Shown in pieces: positions 12,301 through 17,462 of a stretch of 20,000 nucleotides of DNA. Both the position numbers and the translations under genes were made by a program. The notes under the pieces are model-generated. The model saw nothing but the letters and a program-made list of their open reading frames with translations, did not search any database and was not told where the DNA came from. Every line of letters begins with the position of its first letter. The first letter of the stretch is position 1. This DNA is from an uncultured virus (IMG/VR IMGVR_UViG_3300042249_000005). Its lineage: Duplodnaviria; Heunggongvirae; Uroviricota; Caudoviricetes. The stretch is from the IMG/VR virus record IMGVR_UViG_3300042249_000005; one strand, written 5' to 3'.

Positions 12301-15300
12301 TCGGCAACACGCCCATCGGCGACGCCACCGAGATCGAGGTGGACGGCAAGCAGCGCCCGACCCGCAACAGCGCGGGCCAGCTGATCCACCCGACCGAGGA
12401 GGGCATCCGCAACTTCTTTCGGTGGTTTGGTTCGAGCCGCGTGGTGGACGAGCAGGGCCGGCCGCTGGTGGTGTATCACGGTACGGCGGAAGATTTTGAT
12501 GCCTTTCGCAATACGCCGAACGGTGCTTTCTTCTTCGATGACAAGGAGCTTGCAGAGCTATATGGCAAGCCAGTTCCGGCTTACCTCTCGCTCAAGAATC
12601 CGGCGATTGTCGATGCGCAGGGGCAATTCTGGAATGAGATGGACGCGGTGCAGTCCCCCGTGCTGGATGAGTTGCGCAAGCACGTCCCGAAACTTTTTAC
12701 CGTGGACCACATTAAGCAGGCGGCGCAAAAAGCCGGCTATGACGGCGCAATCATCCTCAACACCGTAGACAACGGAGGGGCCGGCAATCAATACATCGCC
12801 TTCCGCCCCGAACAGGTCAAGTCCGCCACCGGCAACAACGGAGCATTCGATCCTGACAATCCTGATATCCGTTTCAGTCAGGGCGAATCAGTCACCGGAA
12901 CCCCGTTGAGTGTAACGGATCTCGATACGGTCTTTAATCGGATCGCTCCCCGCCTCAAAAACGGGCAGGGTTATCGAATCTTCGAGAACGTCCGCGACCT
13001 TTTTGCGGCGTACCCGGCGATAGAGCAGCACGCACGCAAGCAGGGCAGCAACGGCAGCGATGTAGAAGGCGTATTCCATAAAGGTCAGATCCTGATTGTC
13101 CGAAACAAGGTAACCAGCCGGGCACAGGCCGAGGCGCTGATGTTCCATGAAGCCACACATGGCGGCGTGAATGCAATGATGGCGGACGAGGGTATCACCA
13201 AGGCCGCCAACCGCCTGTTCATGGCAATGGGTGGTGGCCGTGGCTTCAAGCAGCACATGGAGCGCCTGGGGCTGCAGGATAAACTGAGGCCCTATATCAA
13301 GGGATCAATGGAAACCGGCAAGGATGGCAAGCTGGTAATGACACCAGAGGAGCGCCGTGCGATGCTGGTGCATGAGCTGTTGGCCTTTACCGGCGAGAAG
13401 AACAGTAAGGGCATCAAGCAGAAAGCGCGGGAGCTGATCGGCTTTATCCGCCAGTGGTTCCGCAAGCATGGCTATCTGGCATCATCCGAATTGAGCACTG
13501 CGGAAATTTCCTACATGGTACGACAGGCACGGAAGTACACGCTGGGCGGCAAGGGTAAAGCCGGTGCGCCAAGGTTCATTGCGCCGACTATGTTCTCGCG
13601 TTCGCAGGAGTCTGGTAATGTCGATCCTTCAAATGGAGGTGATGTGGTGCATAACAACCGGACACTTACAGGAAAAGCGATCCCTATATTGGTTATCAAG
13701 GATAGTGACGCACCTATGGCAGGCATTCTTACCAATGCAGGTAACAGCCGGTTTGAGTTCAGGGTGCATCCAGCGGCTGACGCTCACGACATGATAGATA
13801 TCGCTGTAAAAGAATTTATTGGTGAGCCAAAGTACCTAAACGATGGTGAATACTACCGTTTCACGAACAGTAAAAATGAGCAGTCACTGATCAGAAGCGG
13901 AAAGTTCAAGGCATCCACTAATCACGCAGACGGCATAACTGAAGATGGTATTTCGGTTGCAGATGGACCGCACTACGGTGTTATGGGGTACAAGTATGGC
14001 TACAGGGTGACTGGTGATGTAATAGGAACCGGTGCTGACGGCGAACCTGTGATGAATCCATCCACCATGAAGTTTGGCAAGGTCAAAACAACAGAGGATA
14101 TAGAAGCCGAAGCACGCGATATTAGAAATAAATTCTTTGCTCAACGAGCTAATGATTTAGGTATTAGCGAGAATGTCCTTCGCTACTTATCTATGCCTGG
14201 AAACTTCAATTTGGACGGCGAGCTTCAAGGCAGGCAGCTTATCCGCGATAAAACTAGGTTTGAGAACGCCTATGGCGAGGCATTTGTTGATGACGGAGCG
14301 AATGCAGCCCCAATGTTCCGCCGCAGCGGTGAGTCTGATGCCGATCTATCCGTGGTAGCCAAAGCACAGCGCACACTGGGCAACAACGACCGCAACGCAT
14401 GGGACAAGGTGAAGCGCACCTTTAAGCGCAACTTCACAGCTGCAGGTCTGCTGCCTGACAGTGTGTTCCGCGAGAAGGTACTGCGTGATTCCGAGGTGAA
14501 CGCGCATGAGTTTGATACCGCGCATTATATCGGCGCCTTGGATCGTGCGATCAGCAAGGCATACGGTGCCAGCTACAACAAGCTGACCGATGCCCAGCGT
14601 GAAGCGCTGGATGCGCAGATGAAATCCACCGAGCCGGATATGTCGATCCCTGAGCCGGTACGTGTAGCGCTGATGGATATGCGCCGCTCCATTGCCGGCC
14701 TATCACAGCAGTATGCTGAAATCCTGCAGCAGCAGGTTGAGGAACTGCAGGCCCAGAGTAATGATGCTGATGCGATGGAAAATGCCATGCTGCTTGAAAC
14801 CATCATCAACAACATGGATACCTACGCCCACCGCAGTTACCGGGCGTTTGACGATCCCGATTGGCCAGCCAAGGTAAGCAAAGATCCTGAGATATTCCCG
14901 CAGGCCGTGGAATATCTGAAAAACCGCCAGATGGAGCAGGGCATGCAGGAAGCCGAAGCCGAACAGCAGGCGATCCGCATTGCGCGCACCATTCTGGAGG
15001 AAGGTACCGCATACGAAGATATGACCAGCATGATCAAGGAGAGCAAGCTGGGTGCCAAGGATCTTTCTATCCTGAAACGCCGCAAAGATATCGCGCCTGA
15101 GATCCGCGCCCTGCTGGGTGAGTACAAGGACGTGAAAATCAACTACGCCAAGACGCTTGCCAAAATGAGCCGGCTGGTGGCGAATACCAAGCTGCTTGAC
15201 CGCATCAAGGAGATCGGACTGGCTGAAGGCTGGTTGTTCACTGAGGATAACAAGCCACTGGATCAGAGTGTGACGAAGGTGGCCGGTGACGCCTCCGAAG

Positions 15301-17021
15301 TGTACGCGCCATTGAATGGCTACTACGTTCCGAATGAGATCAACCAGGCGCTGATCGACACGCTGGGCAAGGAGCAGATGGCAGACTGGCTGCGTGCAGT
15401 GATCCGTATGAATGGCCTTGTTAAATATGGAAAAACCGCCCTTAGTCCGACAACCGCGTTCCGTAACTGGATGAGTGCCGCATTCTTCGCAATGGCGAAT
15501 GGTCACTTCGATATTACCCAGATGCGCAAGTCGATCAGCGGCTTCAGTGAATACTTCGGCCACGGTGAAAACCCAGAGAAGGTTGCATACCTTCGCAAGC
15601 TGAAAGAGCTTGGCGTGGTGTACGACACCGCCTATGCCGGTGAGATGATGGATCTATTGGCTGATGCCAAAGGCGGTTGGGCTGAAAAGCTTTTTGAGAA
15701 GCCCGGGTTATCCAGCCTCAAGGCAGCAAACGGGCTGGCACAGAAGTTCTACCAGTACGGTGATGACTTCTGGAAGATCATGGGCTTTGAGAACGAGAAG
15801 GCCATGCTGATGAAGCACAAGGGAATGAGCGAGGCCGAGGCGGAAGTGGAAGCGGCAGAGCGTATCCGTAACACCTACCCGACCTACAGCATGACCGGTC
15901 GAGCTGTAAACTGGCTGCGCCGGTTCCCGCTGGCGGGTACCTTCGTATCCTTCCCGGCCGAGATCATCCGCACGCAGTTCCACATGCTGCGGTATCTCAA
16001 GCAGGATATGAAGGATTCCCCGGCCTACGCTGCCCGCAAGGTGGTGGGCCTGGCGATGGTGTCCGGTCTGGCGTATGCCGCCCAGGCATTGAGCAAGGAT
16101 CTGTTTGATATCGGGGATGATGAGGAAGAGGCGGTTCGCTTGCTGGCAGCCAGCTGGAACAGCAACTCCAACATCTGGTTCATGGGCCGGGACGAGAATG
16201 GAAGCATCCGCTATCTTGATTTCAGCTTCTTGGACCCGTACAACTACTTCAAGCGTCCGATCAACGCCGTGATGCGTGACCAGCCGCTGGACAAAGCCGC
16301 AATTCAGGCAGCCGGTGAGATGCTGTCGCCTTTCTTCGGAACGGATATCGCCTTTGGTGCGATCTCGGAAATCTGGAACAACAAGAAGGAAGGCGGGGGT
16401 CGGGTGTATAACCCGCAGGATATGGCGCTGGATCAGGCCCAGAGTATTGCCAAGCACTTGCGCAAGGCGATACAGCCCGGCTTTGTCGGCAACATGGAAC
16501 GGGCATGGATGGCGGCCAATGATCAGGTAACAGCAAGCGGCAAGCGGTATAAGGCAGAGGAGGAGTTGGCAGCCTTCTTTGGCTTCCGTGCTTCAACCTT
16601 CGACCCCAAGACTGCGCTGTACTACAACAGTTTTGAGTTCAAGGATCGCAAGCGGGATGCCACGGCTGTGCTGATGAATGTCGCCAAAGACCCGAACAGC
16701 GTCAGTGATGGCGATCTGATGAGGGCTTACGACACGGCCAGCCGGTCAAGGCTGCGTGCCTACACTGATATGATCCGTCTGGTGCAAGCAGCCAGGGCAG
16801 CTGGTATGAACAATATGCAGGTGAATGCCTCACTGCGCCGCAGTGGTATCAGTAAGGCTGATATCAGGGCGCTCATGCAGGGACGGATACCGGCATGGCG
16901 CCCCGATCAGAGCATGATGCGTAACACGATCCGCAAGGCAGAGCTTCTGTACGGACCGGACGTGGTGCGCGAAATGCGCGAGCGTGAAAGGGCTATTATT
17001 CAGCGGGGTTACAGGGAGTAA
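321..17021 (+). CDS. Giant phage large polyvalent protein (5566 aa): DarB-like MTase-helicase with ParB, ART and metallopeptidase domains; probably virion-packaged and injected
   Basis: Uninterrupted ORF, GGAG at 307-310, TAATG coupling. Catalytic motifs listed in the domain features. Ala/Gly-rich N-terminus typical of ejection proteins. Confidence 0.93.
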   Translation: MSQNPFSDPNFGSEFLSDEEKQSQAQTPAPAQAQTAAQPTGFKPRSTNPYSDPNYGAEEEGRTFGEIAKDSGAALMQGFATMGGDIAWLADKATGGVVDIGFQKAADRATEYWQDAKSDKMKASNQALAEAEGFTGILKTAWDRPEVIPDIVISSAPNALPVGAMSRAARAVKGAKAAVATAIGAGGALEGANAGRETENKVRDMTAEKLAEVSPQYMQLINQGVSHEEAAAQVANRAGLTAFAVSAPLAMLASKVTGAGRLEADFFTGKGLKGFFDTVLRESAEEMAQEASNPFGSNVGIKTQVNPNQSLAEGVPEGAALGLIAGAGQGTPMAALQRFVPPAKVQPTPTQDNPDPEPVERPDPSNGPISAAAAQMAPVQTAEDLGVQFPEAQDWSQYDRPAVQRQQDRQPQRADDVVSQMVGQARQIGDADAEVRLETANRLYRTIDRLMKEGNEEQARWNAYRADQIIREVSPRLPQAQQAEGAQTAVSTLPALITDDGVDLRDLAAQGQERAITGAAETAAKNQLIRKTVDDQTFAIGKVNQRSEYYGKLADLAQSLPKGTQMVDAATNEAWSVQASESGVTLTNDATGQTTTLQQNETGTWTRTGEVLPPSEFKLRGNLTPAEQVGTQAQGAEQKRNSVIKAGRDDKYGIDVQMKRDNEGFTITESDPNTQDVKITSGMGGVYRNDQILNREGEFVDALQIVQMGNATAEQTPFRGSKDEMKKAVELAAEIEFARKTGDMQKVDSLESQLSDLVSGVKTKPAPVQKNMIERALDRLTSEGATGPEVNQQIAELERIQQGLARSGRTADEALAYLDKQGRYDLVRAIDPEAIRLSSGNKPFQTEDKAKASLYFEQNKKFASVVPYGDGFAVRVDKARQKEEQRTGQQETAYLPDNTPINTRFVVVDLDELVPSNMPDGKINQAYPGELQPRDRTNANSMVQVRNISANLNPERLGSSRDASTGAPIVGPDGVVESGNGRTMAIAAAYQQGGDRAGAYRKYVIEQARQQGMDVDAVSRLKHPVLVRERISSIDRAEFARRANESQVAGMTAYEQAMSDADMLKADDLQLWEPDQSGDPLAASNRDFQRIFVRLLGNNEAARYTTRSGQASPELGARMQRAVFAKAYRDADMVEMVTEQSDQMRNLVAALQEAAPDLAVAREYGGQNAVAAISTINDAVRIVRKSRQDGTSVHDLTRQSDVFSEPVPETTAYVAEQIDLNIRSRRALADAMRYIGHAVRNEAETAMNGSLFGDSVTNEDIFGAAFRQNQDNGDGQQSPEWDVPAGIQEGEQNPAAGGSEQEAEVEPLLQSYTEEELAERERERLAEEARIAEEQRKTEEKAEADAQVDGFTLSGSNRPADVAASQGQQDLLGGGQVSQPDPNTVSENWKVIGENLQGHEVSENTVTGLRSWKSNSGSNTEQGRIEGDNTYESATDQVIRNRRVQYKTRSEIEAENEAANPPKTSDGREIVEHTTKKGRLLRGVIVEGLNLKQAKAIDQYSFKKGNGFYIKVENWEAHLAEQKPESKPEPKPEPNQETAVGIELDPDEALGGATADGQVTGMADNAPAAGDDGKAATLQKMVSKGEGVFNRMYQSLKKTTETEGVDYLESQSTLGLSQRKNLEVFLDSRGYSRKTNQAGSTRVNVEDNSNEQISITFSPGGSAVMRVARGTAEDSVAVEQAEPGQSQRTYTQQELRNAHRMAASVMHGKLNGLKALPLRQIAKPFLESQGVPVPRTKAETIAAVTDFDRVSALASVGVFNVELSDSVMGPLQAEMEGRIATEQAEPAPAVDIRTEGRENATEAEQAQAENQRPQVSENTIFTEDAAEEARRILMASLGQVNSGIDPKVMQAGITLAGYHIEKGARTFAAYAKAMTNDLGEMVKPYLKSWYMGVKYDPRAAGFDGMDDAATVDAADIDALLSAPATLETEANSQEVGDGTTESEMDQPDQTGVSATAEGRGGFTQPSSTQTDTQDLAGTEPGNVEPTASGETDGGAGVRAATENVADDGRTGGSGVSANGRPRTGGSRTPDAGTGSGSAAEGGRPTGGNAAPKPGVKDPASTSPAYTGPGNYHIDNPLEVVGGGQVARFNKNKQAIELFNDIRDNGRTATREEQDILAGYTGWGSFGQELFQGTWNNPKPKAGWEARDAWLREQLGQAEWESMQRSITNAHYTDPPTVMAMWDMVKRMGFEGGRVLEPSMGIGNFYGMMPRELKNRSQLSGIELDMMTGGMAQMLYPNANIKIMGYQESKTPDDFYDVIIGNWPFENTAIADRRYNKFSPMLHDYFFLKTLDQVRPGGIVIGITSKGSMDKKDSKIRSELAKKAELVASFRLPSGAFEEYAGTKVVTDIIILKKRAEPLGMATNEGWIKSVPYMTPQGQEVFINEYYASHPDHVIGTIEYGHGTTFNRPGMIVTRPNNMAEQLQRIVNMVPQGVFESRRVDNNVAYITNHTADREGSLTQQDGKLYVVRGEHLAPAEQVVKYSVKSEKTTAEREQQLRDLIGIRQAYAHLIEAENGLSGSDPEPLRKELRKQYNAFTKANGPLNESWGLQYLKRIDDPFRPALAALESERNGKTVPAAILERSTIRTPRTIDNPTVREAFVLARNESVNPTLDKIAQLSGKPAEEVKTELIDSGAVFELPGGDIVPSDIYLSGNVREKMRQAVAALEEGNAAMQHNIDELQKVMPKDVPYFNIEAQLGASWVPTAVYEEYVAHMLDAGSTDDIRVTYAGGKWKVDIASRLYLNTAGSTGFGTPRYNFNKLVNAAFGNQTVTIKAKDPDGNEFVDEEGSAEVNGKISDMRSKFKEWLWQDPDRRLNVEREYNEVRNAYATPRFDGSFLRFDGMALTLGTGPFNLRQHQADAIWRALVTRRSLNAHEVGTGKTFTMGGIAIESRRYGIAKKPLILAHNANSASVAHEIEMMYPAAKVLYIDNLDPKSIERKMRQIANDDWDAVVLPHSQLSKLALREDTLMAMAQEDIADLERQAIEAAEEDGAALDVDMMDALLDGDKTALKKVRSPTAKDLVKMRNRVIETIRKQGQKASKANAISFEELGIDMLLVDEAHVFKKPPFATRMKMKGLNTQASDASIALNFLARYVRANNNGGNIHLFTGTPVTNTLTEVFHMMRYIMNEEMQQQDLDQWDGWFNSFASEVMDIELNGAGEYEPVTRLAGFINVPELRKMIGQYMDTVFADDMPEMQPRKTASGKTLSSPDLTELERADLLNGRTEGAKDRPYKKVINESSDLSPEQMDAFNEVKRYAQAFRNMTPLERKQAAQNGEPEAPLIYERIANEASFDVRLLKKEELAGQEGKVPDHPNSKISRAINNILEIYHSDDRATQVVFSDTGLHKTGSRSVGEPGEKQQITFPAFSPIHDMIERLVQAGIPREQIALIAGSNTSKEKRKEIAEKMNRSEIRVVLGSTASLGVGVNMQKNLRAMHHLDAPWMPGDLEQRNGRGHRQGNQWNTVLEYRYLTDRIDGRRWQVLAVKQRFINAFLKANEDSRIIEGDAASDDGSDILESFSEAAGDPRILIRKKMESKLEQMRQRRRLHDQGMVDAKNRVAGQREKLRRNQEEAKRFEQSGAIERAQQIIERNAGANFTMKIGDQTVTDRKTAQELIESFVAENVRMGDAYQVFGEFDGLPVQIALEQRAAVPYLKMDINGIEVKSNSQKVITLENALRALPKTYNDLVAENAETEQNIQRLIQVSNEPFSQEKELQRMEQDLAALEQDIQDNPVAPPVWLRNGAPLETEVQWKGKPFEVTGHRWNSDGWFVLAKDARGSVVIPYTEVTDNQGMPLYEEREFESPDVVTKDQDQSGDDAIIKNTPQFSRSIPQTNKREREGVALSAAGGQVPEQSGVVRVIYRGTNDSGERISGGIAEGTLFAAADEATARNYAGTGGKIERIGVKQDAKVLVEGTKEFAQVTGRRRGKLIDTMRKGENLKTAADDAAAKARAAGYDALEFTSLKDLGIAIFNEDKFVRDYSPSQQLNQSPAFDGPEVGNTPIGDATEIEVDGKQRPTRNSAGQLIHPTEEGIRNFFRWFGSSRVVDEQGRPLVVYHGTAEDFDAFRNTPNGAFFFDDKELAELYGKPVPAYLSLKNPAIVDAQGQFWNEMDAVQSPVLDELRKHVPKLFTVDHIKQAAQKAGYDGAIILNTVDNGGAGNQYIAFRPEQVKSATGNNGAFDPDNPDIRFSQGESVTGTPLSVTDLDTVFNRIAPRLKNGQGYRIFENVRDLFAAYPAIEQHARKQGSNGSDVEGVFHKGQILIVRNKVTSRAQAEALMFHEATHGGVNAMMADEGITKAANRLFMAMGGGRGFKQHMERLGLQDKLRPYIKGSMETGKDGKLVMTPEERRAMLVHELLAFTGEKNSKGIKQKARELIGFIRQWFRKHGYLASSELSTAEISYMVRQARKYTLGGKGKAGAPRFIAPTMFSRSQESGNVDPSNGGDVVHNNRTLTGKAIPILVIKDSDAPMAGILTNAGNSRFEFRVHPAADAHDMIDIAVKEFIGEPKYLNDGEYYRFTNSKNEQSLIRSGKFKASTNHADGITEDGISVADGPHYGVMGYKYGYRVTGDVIGTGADGEPVMNPSTMKFGKVKTTEDIEAEARDIRNKFFAQRANDLGISENVLRYLSMPGNFNLDGELQGRQLIRDKTRFENAYGEAFVDDGANAAPMFRRSGESDADLSVVAKAQRTLGNNDRNAWDKVKRTFKRNFTAAGLLPDSVFREKVLRDSEVNAHEFDTAHYIGALDRAISKAYGASYNKLTDAQREALDAQMKSTEPDMSIPEPVRVALMDMRRSIAGLSQQYAEILQQQVEELQAQSNDADAMENAMLLETIINNMDTYAHRSYRAFDDPDWPAKVSKDPEIFPQAVEYLKNRQMEQGMQEAEAEQQAIRIARTILEEGTAYEDMTSMIKESKLGAKDLSILKRRKDIAPEIRALLGEYKDVKINYAKTLAKMSRLVANTKLLDRIKEIGLAEGWLFTEDNKPLDQSVTKVAGDASEVYAPLNGYYVPNEINQALIDTLGKEQMADWLRAVIRMNGLVKYGKTALSPTTAFRNWMSAAFFAMANGHFDITQMRKSISGFSEYFGHGENPEKVAYLRKLKELGVVYDTAYAGEMMDLLADAKGGWAEKLFEKPGLSSLKAANGLAQKFYQYGDDFWKIMGFENEKAMLMKHKGMSEAEAEVEAAERIRNTYPTYSMTGRAVNWLRRFPLAGTFVSFPAEIIRTQFHMLRYLKQDMKDSPAYAARKVVGLAMVSGLAYAAQALSKDLFDIGDDEEEAVRLLAASWNSNSNIWFMGRDENGSIRYLDFSFLDPYNYFKRPINAVMRDQPLDKAAIQAAGEMLSPFFGTDIAFGAISEIWNNKKEGGGRVYNPQDMALDQAQSIAKHLRKAIQPGFVGNMERAWMAANDQVTASGKRYKAEEELAAFFGFRASTFDPKTALYYNSFEFKDRKRDATAVLMNVAKDPNSVSDGDLMRAYDTASRSRLRAYTDMIRLVQAARAAGMNNMQVNASLRRSGISKADIRALMQGRIPAWRPDQSMMRNTIRKAELLYGPDVVREMRERERAIIQRGYRE
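330..488 (+). repeat. Duplicated N-terminal peptide motif NP[FY]SDPN[FY]G (330..356 and 462..488)
   Basis: Translation gives NPFSDPNFG and NPYSDPNYG separated by a Gln/Ala/Pro-rich spacer; synonymous codons differ between copies. Confidence 0.85.
2991..3480 (+). other. DdrB-like ParB/sulfiredoxin-fold domain in the giant protein (helical extension to about 4120)
   Basis: Motifs FVVVDLDELVPS, LQPRDR (3111-3128), GAPIVGPDGVVESGNGRT (to about 3269), PVLVRER and FARRANES. Boundaries approximate. Confidence 0.8.
6130..6486 (+). CDS. Nested overprinted gene in the +1 frame of the giant ORF; 118-aa helical protein with weak resemblance to TnpV-like proteins
   Basis: SD AAGAGGT at 6118-6124, 5 nt before ATG. 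Gene-like codons (mostly CTG for Leu; GAA/GAG, CAG, GCG). Globular-looking helical sequence, while the giant frame here is a G/T/S/P/R-rich linker. Confidence 0.75.
   Translation: MEQLSPKWISQIKLEYQRLQRDEEVLHNQVLHRRILKTWREQSPAMWSRLRAAKLTEALAFVLQQRMWQMTDELEAAGYPPTDAREQAEAEHLMLEPEADLQQREADRLEEMQRRNLA
6528..7385 (+). other. DarB-like N6-adenine DNA methyltransferase domain
   Basis: YTGWG, NAHYTDP, SAM-binding motif I VLEPSMGIGNF (about 6900-6932), GIELD, motif IV IIGNWPF (7092-7112), FRLPSGAF, TDIIILKKR. Confidence 0.9.
8870..10800 (+). other. SF2 (SNF2-like/DarB-type) helicase/ATPase domain
   Basis: LRQHQ Q-motif, Walker A HEVGTGKT (8937-8960), DEAH (9489-9500), motif III TGTP, motif V LGVGVNMQ, motif VI EQRNGRGHRQGN (about 10656-10691). 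Confidence 0.93.
11880..12245 (+). other. ADP-ribosyltransferase-fold module A (divergent ART-PolyVal-like)
   Basis: IYRGT (11889-11903), GTLFAAADEATARNYA, ARAAGYDALEF, IAIFN; same layout as module B. Confidence 0.6.
12280..12872 (+). other. ADP-ribosyltransferase module B (ART-PolyVal-like)
   Basis: NFFRWFGSSRVVDEQGRPLVVYHGT (YHGT 12474-12485), GAFFFD, YLSLKNP, GYDG (12735-12746), QYIAFRPEQVKSATGNNGAFD. Confidence 0.82.
12900..13545 (+). other. Zincin-like HExxH metallopeptidase domain
   Basis: VEGVFHKGQILIV beta strands, then HEATH (13146-13160) and a candidate third ligand Glu in VHELLA (13374-13376). Confidence 0.75.
13830..14070 (+). other. Candidate R-S-E clade ADP-ribosyltransferase module D in a lower-GC insert
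   Basis: YYRFT (R 13857), GISV (S 13953), GADGEP (E 14043) occur in the expected order. Confidence 0.5.
14330..17018 (+). other. Large helical C-terminal region, LPD38-like/internal virion protein-like
   Basis: AAERIRNTYPTYS...LRRFPLAGTFVSFPAE, hydrophobic KVVGLAMVSGLAYAA, YLDFSFLDPY; typical terminus of phage polyvalent ejection proteins. Family name tentative. Confidence 0.5.
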
Positions 17022-17231
17022 CTACCGCCCCTGATAGTATGGCTTAGGTGGGTCCGGGGGATACCTCGGGTCCACATACTCCTCATGCACAAATATGAAG
17101 TAGCCGAAGAACAGCAGGATTCCTCCGAGTACAATCCACGGCCACACGTTGTCGATGAACCATTGCTCCTTTTGAACATACCGCAGGCGCTTCCTGAATT
17201 GCTCCTAGGTTTCGTCTTTGCGTCTACCCAT
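17022..17231 (-). pseudogene. Small single-pass membrane protein gene with an in-frame TAG at codon 9 (not in the ORF track)
   Basis: Hand translation: MGRRKDET*EQFRKRLRYVQKEQWFIDNVWPWIVLGGILLFFGYFIFVHEEYVDPRYPPDPPKPYYQGR*. SD GAGG about 6 nt before the ATG at 17231. Internal TAG at 17207-17205. Final stop abuts the giant gene's stop. Confidence 0.72.
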
Positions 17232-17266
17232 GACCGGCCTCACTTTTGTTATGCTGTTGTTATGTT

Positions 17267-17288
17267 TCGGCACACAAACGGCACACAA
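17267..17288 (+). repeat. Left integrase arm-type sites, 2 x CGGCACACAA (17268-17277, 17279-17288)
   Basis: TCGGCACACAAACGGCACAC matches 17463-17482 at 19 of 20 positions. Confidence 0.85.
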
Positions 17289-17303
17289 AAACACCTCTAT
17301 TCA

Positions 17304-17316
17304 CAACACATTGAAA
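17304..17316. promoter_or_regulatory. IHF-like binding site
   Basis: CAACACATTGAAA versus consensus YAANNNNTTGATW, one mismatch. Confidence 0.55.
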
Positions 17317-17372
17317 ACAAAGGTGTTTTATGTCGTCAACAGAACTGAATTCGTGTTCTTTTCATGCACTCT

Positions 17373-17385
17373 TAATGCCTTGTTT
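17373..17385. promoter_or_regulatory. IHF-like binding site
   Basis: TAATGCCTTGTTT versus consensus YAANNNNTTGATW, one mismatch. Confidence 0.55.
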
Positions 17386-17430
17386 ATATTGAAGTTTTAG
17401 GAATTTTTATGGATGGATGAACAGTGTTAA

Positions 17431-17460
17431 CTGTCCCATGTTGTCCCATGCTGTGCCATA
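17431..17460 (+). repeat. Three tandem 10-bp repeats, candidate Xis/RDF binding sites
   Basis: CTGTCCCATG TTGTCCCATG CTGTGCCATA; roughly one helical turn apart, between the IHF-like site and the right arm sites. Confidence 0.7.
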
Positions 17461-17462
17461 AA

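Noticed and set aside
12118..12768. +1-frame ORFs 12118..12384 and 12427..12768
   Set aside because: Rich in R/S/T/P as expected for off-frame reading of GC-rich codons; they overlap conserved ART motifs, unlike the 6130 ORF.
14703..16457. Long antisense ORFs inside the giant gene (286 aa, 249 aa; likewise 5466..6167 and 10575..11252)
   Set aside because: Shadow ORFs opposite the coding frame, explained by codon bias; no motifs and unprotein-like composition.
17003..17028. Imperfect hairpin GCGGGGTTAC-aggga-GTAACTACCGC across the convergent stop codons
   Set aside because: No U-tract on either strand, so it cannot be called an intrinsic terminator.
17205..17207. Phage-wide TAG reassignment (genetic code 15)
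   Set aside because: No in-frame TAG in the 16.7-kb gene or int, and TAG ends genes at 18987 and 18859.
17335..17365. Minus-strand ATGAAAAGAAC... (MKRT) in the att core as a possible host gene start such as rpmH
   Set aside because: Only four codons match; not enough to name an attB target without a search.
17085..17400. Track ORFs 17085..17348 and 17218..17400 on the + strand
   Set aside because: They run through attP and antisense to the better-supported membrane gene.
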